From Nitrospinales bacterium (lineage in GTDB: Bacteria; Nitrospinota; Nitrospinia; Nitrospinales; VA-1), in contig CBDCXL010000002.1 of NCBI GenBank assembly GCA_965223795.1, forward strand, positions 2,272,001 to 2,336,000: a stretch of DNA of 64,000 nucleotides, given 5' to 3'. The translations under genes were made by a program, and so were the position numbers. The notes below the pieces were generated by a model. It was given only the letters and a program-made list of their open reading frames with translations. It was not told the DNA's origin and ran no database searches. Below, piece by piece: positions 11,929 to 22,243 of this stretch. Numbering within the stretch: the first letter of the stretch is position 1; each line of letters opens with the position of its first letter.

Positions 11929-12111
11929 GTTCGGGCTTCTCCTTTCAAACGCGCGGACGCACGCCGCTCAGGTTCTGATTTGAAATCGGCATTTTAGCAC
12001 AGTTGCCCTGTCGGGCGGATTTTCAGGCAGCCGGCGTTCAGCGCGGGCGGAGAGGGCGGGAAGGAAAAACCAGGGAAAGACGGGAAGCGGCTGCTTCCCG
12101 TCCGGATCCTG

Positions 12112-13350
12112 TCAATTGTGGCGTCCGTTTCCCCCACTGCCGCCCAGAGTCTCGGAAGTGGCCGGCATCAGACTCTCCAGGGAAAAGTTGCCGTGGACCT
12201 CTGCGTAGTCGTCAAACCAGAAGGCTTCGGGATTGCGGTTGAACACCAGAAACCGCGAGAAGTTTTCTTCGTCTGCGGCACGGTTGTACTTGAAGAAAAT
12301 CTGCGTGGGCGTCATTCCGACCACCTCGATTTTCCCGCTTTCGTGCGACATGACCAGCCGTGCGCGTTTGGCCAGACCGGAACCACGGACGCGGGCGTGT
12401 TCGAAGATCTTGTAGCCTTCTTCCACCGGCACCGAATAGGCGCCGTTGCCCAAGGTTGGGCGGCACAGGAAAACGTAATAGGGCGGCACGCCGATGTAGG
12501 ACAGTTTGCGGAACAGTTCACCGAGCACCTTGGGGGTGTCGTTGATGCCGCGGATCAGAGGCGTCTGATTGACGAGGATCGCCCCCGCCTTCATGAGCTG
12601 ATTCAGGCCCTCGATAGCTACTTTTGTCAATTCGCGCGGATGGTTGAAATGCGCCATGATGTAGATCTTCTTTTCATCGGTGCTGTAGGTGCGGATCATG
12701 TCGAGGAGAGACGGGTCGTTGAGGATGCGGAAGGGGTTGAACGCCGGAATTTTCGTGCCGATGCGGATGATCTGCACGTGGTCGATTTCCCGCACCTGGC
12801 GGATGATCGGCTCCAGCTTGCTGGTGGACATGATCAACGGATCGCCGCCGGTCAGCAGCACGTTGGAGACTTCCTTGTGGCCGCGGATGTATTCGAGCCC
12901 GTCGCTGATGTCTTTCGTCACCTCGTCGTTTTCGTTCATGAAAAGCCGCTTGCGGAAACAGAACCGGCAATAGGCGGCGCACACTTCGTTGACCAGAAGC
13001 AGAGCGGTGGAGGTGTATTTGTGCTCCAGCCCGCGGACCTTGGTGTATTTTTCCTCATTGGAAGCGTCCAGCTGGCCCCATTCATCGAGTTCCTGGACTT
13101 CCGGAATCACGATCTTGCGAATGGGATCGTCAGGATCGTTCCAATCGATGAGGGACTGGTAGTAATCGTTGGTCCTGAAAACGAATTTGTCGTTGACGAG
13201 AGCGAGCTTTTCTCTTTCCGCCTCGCTCAATTCAGGGATCTGCTCCAGCTTGGTCAGGTATTTGGCTTTTTGGGAAGCCTGCCTGGCGGTTTCCTTGTCA
13301 CCGCTGTTTTTATTTTTATTTTTCGAGAAAAAATTGATGGGTATGTCCAT
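12112..13350 (-). CDS. KamA-family radical SAM aminomutase-like protein
   Basis: CAAYCRFCFRKR, LLTGGDPL, HFNHPRE, NQTPLIRGIND, SGKIEV. Confidence 0.88.
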   Translation of the reverse strand: MDIPINFFSKNKNKNSGDKETARQASQKAKYLTKLEQIPELSEAEREKLALVNDKFVFRTNDYYQSLIDWNDPDDPIRKIVIPEVQELDEWGQLDASNEEKYTKVRGLEHKYTSTALLLVNEVCAAYCRFCFRKRLFMNENDEVTKDISDGLEYIRGHKEVSNVLLTGGDPLIMSTSKLEPIIRQVREIDHVQIIRIGTKIPAFNPFRILNDPSLLDMIRTYSTDEKKIYIMAHFNHPRELTKVAIEGLNQLMKAGAILVNQTPLIRGINDTPKVLGELFRKLSYIGVPPYYVFLCRPTLGNGAYSVPVEEGYKIFEHARVRGSGLAKRARLVMSHESGKIEVVGMTPTQIFFKYNRAADEENFSRFLVFNRNPEAFWFDDYAEVHGNFSLESLMPATSETLGGSGGNGRHN

Positions 13351-13674
13351 GGTTCACCTCCTCTCCAATCCGCAAACTCGCGGAAACGGGTTGGCGAAGA
13401 TTCTTTGAATCCTTCTTGTTTCTAAAGGGCAAAATGATCCCTTAACGGTGGCATCGATCCCGCTCTGTGCCTGGTTGCTAGTGATTACGACTGAGGGCTG
13501 CCGGGGAATTTATAGGATCTTTGATATCGGTCCGAAACCTTACAGCGGTTTCGTCTGCCAGGGTATGACTTTTTCAAGGTCTCCTTAGGTTCCAGGAACG
13601 GTTGGCCCGGCCAGTAAGCTTCGATCTTGGCTTAAGAAGTTGAAAAAAAATGGTTTATGGATTGATATGTGCAG

Positions 13675-13703
13675 AGTATACAGAAGTGTAGATGTCCGCG
13701 CAA
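13675..13703 (-). promoter_or_regulatory. sigma70 promoter for the kamA-like gene
   Basis: TTGCGC-N17-TATACT on the minus strand. Confidence 0.5.
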
Positions 13704-13905
13704 GTGAAAAGGATTTTTATATTCGCGCGCCGGCCGCATGCACAGTCGCAAAACTTTTTTACTGCATTGAAATATAAGTTTTTATTGTCACGCCGCGAAA
13801 AAGGCGCTGAGAACCGCCGTACGCTTCCGAACAGCACCGGTTTGCCGGTTTGCGGCTAAGAGCCCAATGGATTCAATGCATTTTGAGTCGATCGAGATAA
13901 TTTGA

Positions 13906-13933
13906 TTGACAGTGAATTAGGATTGATTATAAT
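13906..13933 (+). promoter_or_regulatory. Consensus sigma70 promoter
   Basis: TTGACA-N16-TATAAT. Confidence 0.65.
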
Positions 13934-14188
13934 GCACTGCTCCTTTTTTATAGTTCAATGAGACTAGTGGCCTTGTTAACGAAGTCTTCTGTATTTTCAG
14001 GACAAAGCGTAAATAAATTCGTTCGAAGGATACATGTTTCGGCTTCACGATCTCACCGATGTCTCAAGTTCCAACCCGAAACCACGATCATCTGAATTGA
14101 TATTTTCGCGGTACACCACGCGTGAATTTTGTTTCATGGGATGTTGGCAACTCACTTAAATGATTCGAATCAGGAAGGAGAATTGTAA

Positions 14189-14623
14189 ATGAAAAAGATT
14201 GCGGTTTTAGCAGTATTGGCAGTGTTCAGTTTCTTCGTCGTCAGCTCCGCCTATGCGGGAGGCGAATGTCCCCAACCGAGGAAAACCAAGGCCGCTCCTG
14301 CCAGCGCTGCCAAAATGGATAAAACAAAAGGCGCCAATGCGGACAACGGCAAAAAGATTTACGACAAAACCGCCAAGCCGATGGCCTGCAAAATGTGTCA
14401 TGGCGACAAGGGCGACGGGACCGGCAAACTGGGTGCTGCTCTGAAGCCGAAGCCGCGGAATTTCACCTGTAAGGACACCATGAAAGATGTGTCTCCCGGC
14501 CAGATGTTCCACGTCATCAAAAACGGCTCTGCCGGAACCGGCATGGTTGCCCACGGTAAAACTCTGAAAGACAAGGAAATCTGGGATGTGGTCAAATACA
14601 TCAACAGCGCGTTCAATAAATAA
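14189..14623 (+). CDS. Periplasmic monohaem cytochrome c
   Basis: Signal peptide; CKMCH; PKPRNF; GTGM distal Met; AAGGAG RBS. Confidence 0.92.
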   Translation: MKKIAVLAVLAVFSFFVVSSAYAGGECPQPRKTKAAPASAAKMDKTKGANADNGKKIYDKTAKPMACKMCHGDKGDGTGKLGAALKPKPRNFTCKDTMKDVSPGQMFHVIKNGSAGTGMVAHGKTLKDKEIWDVVKYINSAFNK

Positions 14624-14643
14624 ACGACTGTAACGGATTCCAG

Positions 14644-14676
14644 GCAGGCCCCCTTCGGGGGGCCTGCTTTTTTTTT
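14644..14676 (+). terminator. Rho-independent terminator
   Basis: GCAGGCCCCC-TTCG-GGGGGCCTGC followed by T9. Confidence 0.9.
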
Positions 14677-14702
14677 GCTCTCGTTTTCTCCGGGAAGGCA
14701 TA

Positions 14703-15665
14703 ATGGCTGGCGTTGAACTCATCATCCATTCCGCAGCGGGGGAGAACGATTTGCGCCGGTTGCATCACAGGACTTCGGGGTTGATCCACAGGATGCTTTG
14801 CGCCGCGGCCGGTTTACTGCTTTGCTTCGCAGCCGCCGCGCAGGCCGCGGAACCCGGCAGCCGGGAACGCCCGCTCAACATGATGTTCGTCCCCTCCGGA
14901 GACAGCCAGGTGATCCTCAAGGGCGGGCGGAAAATCGCCCGACTGCTGAATCAGACAACGGGCCTGCATTTCAAAACCTCCGTGGCCACCAGCTACGCCA
15001 CCGTCATCGAAGCGATGGGCGCGGGCAAGGTGGACATCGGCTGGCTCGCCACGTTCAGCTATGTGCTGGCGAACCAAAAGCACGACGCTCAATTGCTCCT
15101 CATCGTGATGCGGTTCGGCAGTCCTTTCTACCGCGGCCAGATCATGGCGCGCGCCGACAGCGGCATCGAGACACTGGCGGATTTGAAGGGAAAAAAATTT
15201 GCCTTCGTCGATCCCGCCTCCACGTCCGGCCACCTGTATCCCAAATCGCTGCTTCTCGCGAAAGGCCACGATCCAGCCACGTTTTTTTCCGAAACGGTGT
15301 TCGCAGGATCGCACAACGCGGTGGTCCTGTCTTTGCTCAAGGGAGAGGTGGACGGCGGTGCGGCCTACGACGGGGCGCGGGCGGCGGTGGCGAAGAGCTT
15401 TCCGGAGGTGTTCGATAAAATCAAGGTGATCGCCCATACGGAGAATATTCCCAACGACACGGTGACGGTGCGCAAAGGTCTGCCGCCTGAAATCGTAAAA
15501 ACGGTCAAGCAGGGGCTCAAGCGCCTCGCGAAATCGCCCGAGGGCGCCAAAGTGCTCAAGCAGGTCTACGGCATCACGGGCCTTCAGGACCTGGACGGTT
15601 TCTTCGACCCGGTGCGGGAAGCGAGCCGGCTGCTCGGTCTCGACCTGAAATCGATCCGCCGTTGA
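14703..15665 (+). CDS. phnD: Phosphonate/phosphite/phosphate ABC substrate-binding protein (start may be downstream)
   Basis: DPASTSGHLYP, GSHNAV, IPND motifs. Confidence 0.85.
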   Translation: MAGVELIIHSAAGENDLRRLHHRTSGLIHRMLCAAAGLLLCFAAAAQAAEPGSRERPLNMMFVPSGDSQVILKGGRKIARLLNQTTGLHFKTSVATSYATVIEAMGAGKVDIGWLATFSYVLANQKHDAQLLLIVMRFGSPFYRGQIMARADSGIETLADLKGKKFAFVDPASTSGHLYPKSLLLAKGHDPATFFSETVFAGSHNAVVLSLLKGEVDGGAAYDGARAAVAKSFPEVFDKIKVIAHTENIPNDTVTVRKGLPPEIVKTVKQGLKRLAKSPEGAKVLKQVYGITGLQDLDGFFDPVREASRLLGLDLKSIRR

Positions 15666-15690
15666 GCCGCGCTTTCACATTCGGAAGCAC

Positions 15691-16428
15691 ATGCTGCGTA
15701 TTGAGAATTTGAGCAAAACTTATGCAGACGGCACCCGCGCGCTCAAGGGGGTTTCCTTCGAGCTTGCGCGCGGCGAATTCGTCGCGGTGCTGGGCAAAAG
15801 CGGATCGGGAAAATCCACGCTGCTGCGCTGCGTCAACCGTCTTGTGGAACCGAGTTCGGGCCGGATCGTTTTCGCCGACGCGGACGTCACCGCGGCATCG
15901 CCGAATCAACTGCGCGCGCTCAGGCGGCGCATGGGGATGATCTTTCAGCAATACAACCTGATCTCGCGCGCGTCGGTCCGGACCAATGCGCTCACTGGCA
16001 GCCTCGGGTCCGTGTCCGCCTGGGGCGGGCTGTTGAATCGTTTTCCCAAAGAAGCCGCTGCCCGCGCTGAAAGCCTGTTGTCCGGGCTGGGCCTTGCGGA
16101 TAAAGCGGCGCAGCGCGCATCAGCCCTGAGCGGCGGCCAGCAGCAGCGGGTGGGCATCGCGCGCGCGCTGATGCAGGAGCCGGAACTGATTCTGGCGGAC
16201 GAGCCGGTGTCCAACCTCGATCCCAAGACCGCACGCACCATTCTCGATATCCTGATGGAGATCAACCGCACGCGGCGGGTGAGCGTATTGTGCAACCTGC
16301 ACCTGCCGGAGCTGGCGAAGGACTACGGCAGCCGCATCCTGGCGCTGGCGGCTGGAAACGTGGTGTACGACGGCCCGCCGGACGGGCTGGATAGCACGGT
16401 GCTCGAACGCATCTACGAGGGAGATTGA
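15691..16428 (+). CDS. phnC: Phosphonate ABC ATP-binding protein
   Basis: [32 protein letters not shown]. Confidence 0.9.
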   Translation: MLRIENLSKTYADGTRALKGVSFELARGEFVAVLGKSGSGKSTLLRCVNRLVEPSSGRIVFADADVTAASPNQLRALRRRMGMIFQQYNLISRASVRTNALTGSLGSVSAWGGLLNRFPKEAAARAESLLSGLGLADKAAQRASALSGGQQQRVGIARALMQEPELILADEPVSNLDPKTARTILDILMEINRTRRVSVLCNLHLPELAKDYGSRILALAAGNVVYDGPPDGLDSTVLERIYEGD

Positions 16429-16615
16429 ATGCGCTGTGTTTTGCAATGGGACCGCGGCCGCCGGGAAAAGGAAAAACCATTGAAAAAATGCCGGTTTCGG
16501 TGTTCCGGAGCGGGTAAATCGCGTTTTTTTGCGGTGAAAAAGTGTGTTAGGGTAGGATGAGAGGTTCGAGCGCCGGATCGAGCATGGAATCACAACCTGA
16601 AACGGGGAGTGAACA

Positions 16616-17113
16616 ATGCCTTACAAACGGGCCATCCTGCTTTTCACGCTGTGTGTGTTCAAAGCGAGCGTGTTTGCCGCCGTCGCGAAGGCGGACACTC
16701 CGGCGCGGCCGCATTTGAAAAAACAAGACACGTCCATCCCCAAGGAGCCGGGGTGGAAAGATCCCTCCTACCGCGGCTGGGAAGTCATGAACATCCCCGG
16801 CCTCATCTCCACCTATTACGATCTGGATTCGGACGGGAAACTGGACTACATGGTCATCCGCAAAATCCTGCGTAAAGCCTCTTCGGAAGAGGTGAGCATC
16901 GAGCAGGCCATTGCCATTGCAAAGCACGACTCGATGAGCGTATACTTTTCCAATCCAGTCATTTATTTCACTCACCGGAATCCCTTGTTTTACTGCCTGG
17001 GAGTGGATTTCAGGAAAAACTGTCGCGATATCTGGGTGGACATCGCCGAAGACGGTTTGAATGGCAATGAAGAACTCTACACTCTGTCGACGCCTCTGCC
17101 GAATGTCCGTTGA
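16616..17113 (+). CDS. Exported hypothetical protein with DxDxDG motif
   Basis: Signal peptide; YDLDSDGKLDY; overlaps the start of the next gene. Confidence 0.7.
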   Translation: MPYKRAILLFTLCVFKASVFAAVAKADTPARPHLKKQDTSIPKEPGWKDPSYRGWEVMNIPGLISTYYDLDSDGKLDYMVIRKILRKASSEEVSIEQAIAIAKHDSMSVYFSNPVIYFTHRNPLFYCLGVDFRKNCRDIWVDIAEDGLNGNEELYTLSTPLPNVR

Positions 17114-18683
17114 TAAAAAAACCTTACTGGCTCTGATCTGCGCAGGCGGCCTGCTGGCGGGCGGGACGCTGGTGTTCGCGCATTCACAGAAACGCGCGCC
17201 CGGCGTGTTCGATTCCGAAGCGTCGTCTTCGGTGCACACGCACGGCCACAGCCACAAGGCCGAACCCGGACAGACACTGGGGGAAACCGTCTACAAGCAC
17301 ATGTGCGTGTTCTGCCACGGCAGCGACGGCAACGGCGGCGGCAAGGCGATGGCGTATCTCTACCCCTGGCCGCGGGATTTCAGAAAGGGCGTGTTCAAGC
17401 ACCGTTCGACGCCCAGCGGATCGCTGCCGCTCGACGAGGACATCGTGCTGACCATTCAGCGCGGCGTGCCGGGGACCTCCATGCCGGCCTGGCGCAATGC
17501 GCTGTCGGAAGAAGAGACGCGGTCGGTGGTCGACTACATCAAAACGTTTTCCAAACGCTTTGAAACGGAAAAGCCGAAACCGCCCATCGTCGTTGAGAAG
17601 GTGCCCGAAACCAGCGCGGAAGCCATCGCCAAGGGCAAGGCGCTCTACGAAGAGCTGCGCTGCGCCCGCTGCCACGGCAGCGATCTCAAGGGCGGCGGGC
17701 CGCTTGCGGACGAGCTGTACGATATCTGGGACCACCGGGTGTTCGTCTACGATCTGACCAACCCGAACACCTATAAATTCGGGCGGGAGAAAAAGGACAT
17801 CTACATGACGCTGTCCACGGGCATCGACGGGACCCCGATGAAATCCTACGGCCATCTCACCGAGCTGGAACGCTGGAACCTTTCCGCGTTCATCAAGTCG
17901 CGCGTGCGCGAGGAGGCGCTGCAGCCGGCGAAATACGAAACCGATCTCAACACGAAACGCGTCGAAGGGGAGATCGATCTCGATCCGGACAATCCGGTGT
18001 GGAAGGACATTCCCGTGCAGGTTGTGCACACGCTGCCGTTGAGCGCGCGCAGCAACCCAGTGAACCGCATCCAGTTTCAGTCGGTGATGAACGAAGAGGG
18101 CATCGCCTTCCGCCTGTCGTGGGACGACGCCGCGCCGGACCGCACTTCCAGCCGCCACCAGGATTTCAAGGACGCGATCGCGCTGCAATTTGCATTGGGC
18201 GACGTCCTGCTGCACACGCACGGCCACAACGAACCGTTCTTCGGAATGGGGAACCGCGGCAAGGTGGTCAACATCTGGCAGTGGCGCGCGGATTGGCAGA
18301 CCGAAATCGAAACGCGGGAAAAACTGGAATACGCCACGAAAGGCATGGATCTGGACACGATGATCTTCGGCGGAGAGGTCAATCCGGTGGACGCGCTCAA
18401 TCCGTTCCGGGATGTTCCGGTGGAAGAGATGAACGCGGAAGGGTTTGGCACCTTGACACCGCAGCCCCAAACCAAGCAGAATATCCTCGGGAAAGGGCGC
18501 TGGGAAAAAGGCAGCTGGAAAGTCGTCTTTTACCGAGCTCTCGACTCGCTCAACAAATGGGATGTGAAATTCGGCAGCGAGCAGCCGGTGCTGGTGGCTT
18601 TCGCCGTGTGGGACGGGGCGCATCAGGACCGCAACGGCCGCAAGGTGATCTCGATGTGGCAGCGCCTGAATATTCCTGAATGA
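17103..18683 (+). CDS. Dihaem cytochrome c fused to an ethylbenzene-dehydrogenase/DMSO-reductase gamma-type haem domain (alternative NxrC-like)
   Basis: N-terminal hydrophobic segment; CVFCH and CARCH; C-terminal FKDAIALQF, GMG, VNIWQWRAD, AEGFGTL, VAFAVWDG..RNGRK. Confidence 0.85.
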   Translation: MSVDKKTLLALICAGGLLAGGTLVFAHSQKRAPGVFDSEASSSVHTHGHSHKAEPGQTLGETVYKHMCVFCHGSDGNGGGKAMAYLYPWPRDFRKGVFKHRSTPSGSLPLDEDIVLTIQRGVPGTSMPAWRNALSEEETRSVVDYIKTFSKRFETEKPKPPIVVEKVPETSAEAIAKGKALYEELRCARCHGSDLKGGGPLADELYDIWDHRVFVYDLTNPNTYKFGREKKDIYMTLSTGIDGTPMKSYGHLTELERWNLSAFIKSRVREEALQPAKYETDLNTKRVEGEIDLDPDNPVWKDIPVQVVHTLPLSARSNPVNRIQFQSVMNEEGIAFRLSWDDAAPDRTSSRHQDFKDAIALQFALGDVLLHTHGHNEPFFGMGNRGKVVNIWQWRADWQTEIETREKLEYATKGMDLDTMIFGGEVNPVDALNPFRDVPVEEMNAEGFGTLTPQPQTKQNILGKGRWEKGSWKVVFYRALDSLNKWDVKFGSEQPVLVAFAVWDGAHQDRNGRKVISMWQRLNIPE

Positions 18684-18800
18684 ATATCGACACAACCCGG
18701 GCGGCGTGACACCGCCGCTTGAATGGAATCCCATAGCCGCGGCCGTATAACAACACCGCGGGGAAATTTTTTTGACACCTAAACGTTAGGAGGATGTCTC

Positions 18801-20432
18801 ATGTCCGATGACAAACGAGACCCTGAAGAGGAGCGGGAAGAGACCACGGAGGTGGCGGACTCCCAGGGCACCAACGGCGATGAGAAAAACGCCCTGGTTG
18901 AATCCGATGCGGACATGGATGCCGACGAAATCGACGAGTTCGAAGAGGACGAGGACGAAGTCGATGAGCTGGATGAAACCGACAAGGAAGAGGAACCGGA
19001 AACCGGCGCCGTCCTGGTGATCGGCCAGGGGGATTTTTCCATGTGCCAGTCCAACCGCGGCGCGGACGATCCGGGGGACAACACGCTTTCGGAACCTCAG
19101 TTCATCCACAAGTTCGGCGAGTATCTGTTTGTGTCCGACCGGGGCAACCACCGTGTGCTGGTCTGGGAACAGCCGCCCGAGGAAAACGGAGAACCCTCGA
19201 GCCTGGTGCTCGGACAGGAGGACTTCGCGGATTTTCTGGAAAACCGCGGCATGACCACCACGCTCGATGAAATGACCTCCGGACTGGGGGATGAATCGCT
19301 CGACGGGTTCACGATCAGCAAGGCGGAAGAGGACACGATGTCGCAGCCCGCGGGCATCGACGTGATCAACGGAAAACTGTACGTGGTGGACAGCGGCAAC
19401 CACCGCGCGCTGCGCTGGGCGGGCCTGCCTTCGGAAGACGGCGAGCCGCCGGTTCTGGTTTTCGGACAGGACAACCTGGACGACAACGAAGCCAACCGGC
19501 GCGGTCTCATCGGCTCCGGGTCGCTGTTTTTCCCGATCGGCATCCATTCCGGCGACGATCAGCACATCTTCATCGCGGACAAGGACAATCACCGCATCCT
19601 GATCTGGAACAAGATCCCCAACTCCAACGGCTGGAACGCGGACCTCTGCCTCGGGCAGGGGGGCATGGACGAACGCGAGCCGAACCGGGGTGAATTCGAC
19701 AACGTGGGCCCGGACACGCTCAGTTTCCCGACCGGGGTGTTCTATGACGCCGAGCGGGACAAGCTGTTCGTGATCGATCAGGGCAACCACCGCCTGCTGA
19801 TCTGGAACAAGCTGCCCAACGAAGTCGGCAAACCGGCGGATGTGGTGATCGGGCAGAAGGATTTCAACAGCCGCGAGCCCAACGCCGGCATGGGCAACCG
19901 CAGGCCCAATGCGGAAGGGCTGTATTTCCCCACCCATGTGGTCTGCGGCCGTGTGGGGTTGTTCGTTTCCGACACGAACAACAACCGGGTGCTCTACTGG
20001 AAAGAGGTTCCGACGGAAAACGGGCAGCCCGCGGACCTGGTCCTGGGGCAGACGACCTTCATGGACAACCGGGTCAACCGCGGCGGCGACGCGACCGGGA
20101 GCACGCTCAACGATCCCTTCGGCTTGTTTCTCGAGGAAGACCCGGAGGAGGATTTCGACGAAGAGGAAACCGCCGGGGACGGTGAGGGACTGGAAGGTGA
20201 AGAAGGCGAAGAGCCGAAGCCGAAGTTCAAGCTGTACATCGCCGACCGGGGCAATTCCCGTGTCGTCGTCTGGGATGAGCTTCCCTATCCCAAGGAAGAG
20301 GAAGAGGACGAAGACGAGGAGATGGACAACGAGCTGGATATGGACGATCCCAACACCCTCATCGGCGAGGACGACGAAGACGATTTCGTGCCCGAGGAGG
20401 AAGAGGAGGAGCCGCCCGTGCCCTCGGTGTGA
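18801..20432 (+). CDS. NHL-repeat beta-propeller with acidic termini and insert
   Basis: Repeated D(R/S/K/Q)GNHR-L-W and DLVLGQ units; Asp/Glu-rich tracts. Confidence 0.85.
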   Translation: MSDDKRDPEEEREETTEVADSQGTNGDEKNALVESDADMDADEIDEFEEDEDEVDELDETDKEEEPETGAVLVIGQGDFSMCQSNRGADDPGDNTLSEPQFIHKFGEYLFVSDRGNHRVLVWEQPPEENGEPSSLVLGQEDFADFLENRGMTTTLDEMTSGLGDESLDGFTISKAEEDTMSQPAGIDVINGKLYVVDSGNHRALRWAGLPSEDGEPPVLVFGQDNLDDNEANRRGLIGSGSLFFPIGIHSGDDQHIFIADKDNHRILIWNKIPNSNGWNADLCLGQGGMDEREPNRGEFDNVGPDTLSFPTGVFYDAERDKLFVIDQGNHRLLIWNKLPNEVGKPADVVIGQKDFNSREPNAGMGNRRPNAEGLYFPTHVVCGRVGLFVSDTNNNRVLYWKEVPTENGQPADLVLGQTTFMDNRVNRGGDATGSTLNDPFGLFLEEDPEEDFDEEETAGDGEGLEGEEGEEPKPKFKLYIADRGNSRVVVWDELPYPKEEEEDEDEEMDNELDMDDPNTLIGEDDEDDFVPEEEEEEPPVPSV

Positions 20433-20464
20433 ACCGGGCTTCGAACATGATTTACATTTTCACC

Positions 20465-20495
20465 AAGGCCCGCGGTTGTTTCCGCGGGCCTTTTT
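20465..20495 (+). terminator. Rho-independent terminator
   Basis: AAGGCCCGCGG-loop-CCGCGGGCCTT followed by a T tract. Confidence 0.8.
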
Positions 20496-20529
20496 ACTTT
20501 GAGCGGGGCGTTCCCGCTATTGACGACCG

Positions 20530-21051
20530 ATGCCGAAACTGATTGTCATCCAGGGCAGCCTGTCCCAGGATTCGAAAACCGCCGTCGTCGTTCGGGAAAC
20601 CGAGCGGATTCTCAAAGACCGGGGTCTGGATTTTGAGACTCTCGACCTGCGCGCGCTCGAGATGGAATTCTGCGACGGCCGGCCGCTCGCGGAATACAAC
20701 GCCGACATGCAGCGGGTGTACGGGCTCATGAATGAGGCGGACGGGTTCATCTTCGGGATGCCTGTGTACTGCTGGTCGGTCTCCGGAGCGCTCAAAAACC
20801 TGATCGACATCACCGCCGGCGCCATGAACAACAAGGTGGCGGGGATTCTGTGCAACGCGGGCGGCAACCGTTCGTTTCTCGCCTCGTCGGACCTGGTGAA
20901 AATACTGTTGTACGAATCGGGCGTGCTGACGGTCCATCCCACCGTCTATTCCACCGCCGAAGATTTCGACGACGGCCGTCTGGTCAACCCCAAGGTGGTC
21001 GGCAGGATCGAAGGCATGGTCGACGCGCTGTTCAAACTGCTGCCCGCCTGA
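20530..21051 (+). CDS. NAD(P)H-dependent FMN reductase
   Basis: IQGSLSQDSKT, GMPVYCWSVSGALKNLID. Confidence 0.88.
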   Translation: MPKLIVIQGSLSQDSKTAVVVRETERILKDRGLDFETLDLRALEMEFCDGRPLAEYNADMQRVYGLMNEADGFIFGMPVYCWSVSGALKNLIDITAGAMNNKVAGILCNAGGNRSFLASSDLVKILLYESGVLTVHPTVYSTAEDFDDGRLVNPKVVGRIEGMVDALFKLLPA

Positions 21052-21094
21052 TCCGATACGCGTTTCCCCGCAACATACCCTCCGCGGTGCGCGG

Positions 21095-22114
21095 TCAGTT
21101 GCAGTAAGGCGGAATGCCTTCCTCCACCCATTCGCCGGTGCGGCCGCTTTTGATGTTTTCCCGGTTTTTTAAGATTCCCCGCGCCATGATTTTGCTCGAG
21201 GCTTCGAACTTTTTCAGGATGGTTTCCGGCGGGTCTTTGAGCAGGTTGCCGAACAGCGGCTGGCACTGCAGGTTGCCGACGTCGCAGCAGGGGGTCATGC
21301 CGCCGTCCTGGCGGACGGTCATGATGTCGATGGAACCGCGCGCCGCCGGGCACTCGATGAGGTAGAGCTGGCCGGGGAACGGCGTGGACTGCATGGCGCG
21401 CCGGCCGTTGGCGTCCACCTTGAACGCGGGCAGAAGGTTGATGCCGAAGATGAACTCTTTGGTTTTGGCGAACGCGCCGGTGTCGCCCATGCGGGCGAGG
21501 TATTCCCGTTCACTGCAATCGGGGTTGCTTGCCAGCAGGGCGTTGAGTTTTAACAGATATTGTTGCAGCAGGTCCGTGACCTCTGCGTAGGGCCCTTCCT
21601 CCCCGGTGAAAAAATCGAGCAGGATACCCAGCTGCCGCTTGAGATCCTCCAGGTTTTCGAACACCACGTTGACGAGAATCCGGTTTTGCAATTTGAGCAG
21701 CTTTTTCAGCAGCGGTTTCTGAAAGCGCTCCCAGGAGACCGGATACAGCGTGATGTCGATCCTGCCGCCGAGCTCGATGATCTCCACCAGCCGCAGCCAG
21801 CGTTTGGACTTTTCGGAATTGATGTCCAGGTTGGTGTGCAGGCAGACGTTGGGTGTGACGGTTTTGAAGATCTTGAAGATCTCGACGATGTGCGGGTTCT
21901 GCGAGGCTTCGCCGCCGGTGAGGTTGATCTCCTGCTGGGCCAGCGTGTTGAGCACGTCCACCTTGCGGATGCTGTCGGCCATGGTCCGCGCGTCTTCGGG
22001 AGAAAGATGCCATTGGTCGCGCGGCAGGGTCCCGACCGGTTCGTACACGTGGCAGTCGACGCACTCGTCCCGGTTGTAGCGGTTGCAGCTGGCTTCGACG
22101 AAAATGCTGAGCAT
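21095..22114 (-). CDS. Radical SAM protein with non-canonical CX7CX2C motif and twitch/SPASM-like C-terminus
   Basis: SCNRYNRDECVDCH, NLTGGEA, LHTN, C-terminal CP...DGGMTPCC...GNL. Confidence 0.8.
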   Translation of the reverse strand: MLSIFVEASCNRYNRDECVDCHVYEPVGTLPRDQWHLSPEDARTMADSIRKVDVLNTLAQQEINLTGGEASQNPHIVEIFKIFKTVTPNVCLHTNLDINSEKSKRWLRLVEIIELGGRIDITLYPVSWERFQKPLLKKLLKLQNRILVNVVFENLEDLKRQLGILLDFFTGEEGPYAEVTDLLQQYLLKLNALLASNPDCSEREYLARMGDTGAFAKTKEFIFGINLLPAFKVDANGRRAMQSTPFPGQLYLIECPAARGSIDIMTVRQDGGMTPCCDVGNLQCQPLFGNLLKDPPETILKKFEASSKIMARGILKNRENIKSGRTGEWVEEGIPPYCN

Positions 22115-22243
22115 GCGACGCCCCGATTACGTTGGAAAGGGGTTCCCGGTCCGTTGCCGGATTTTAATTCTTTATTATAGACGGTCGCTGCGAAGGCAGC
22201 CGCAAGGGAATCGGCCCGGCGCTTCGGGCGGTCCGGCTTCGGT

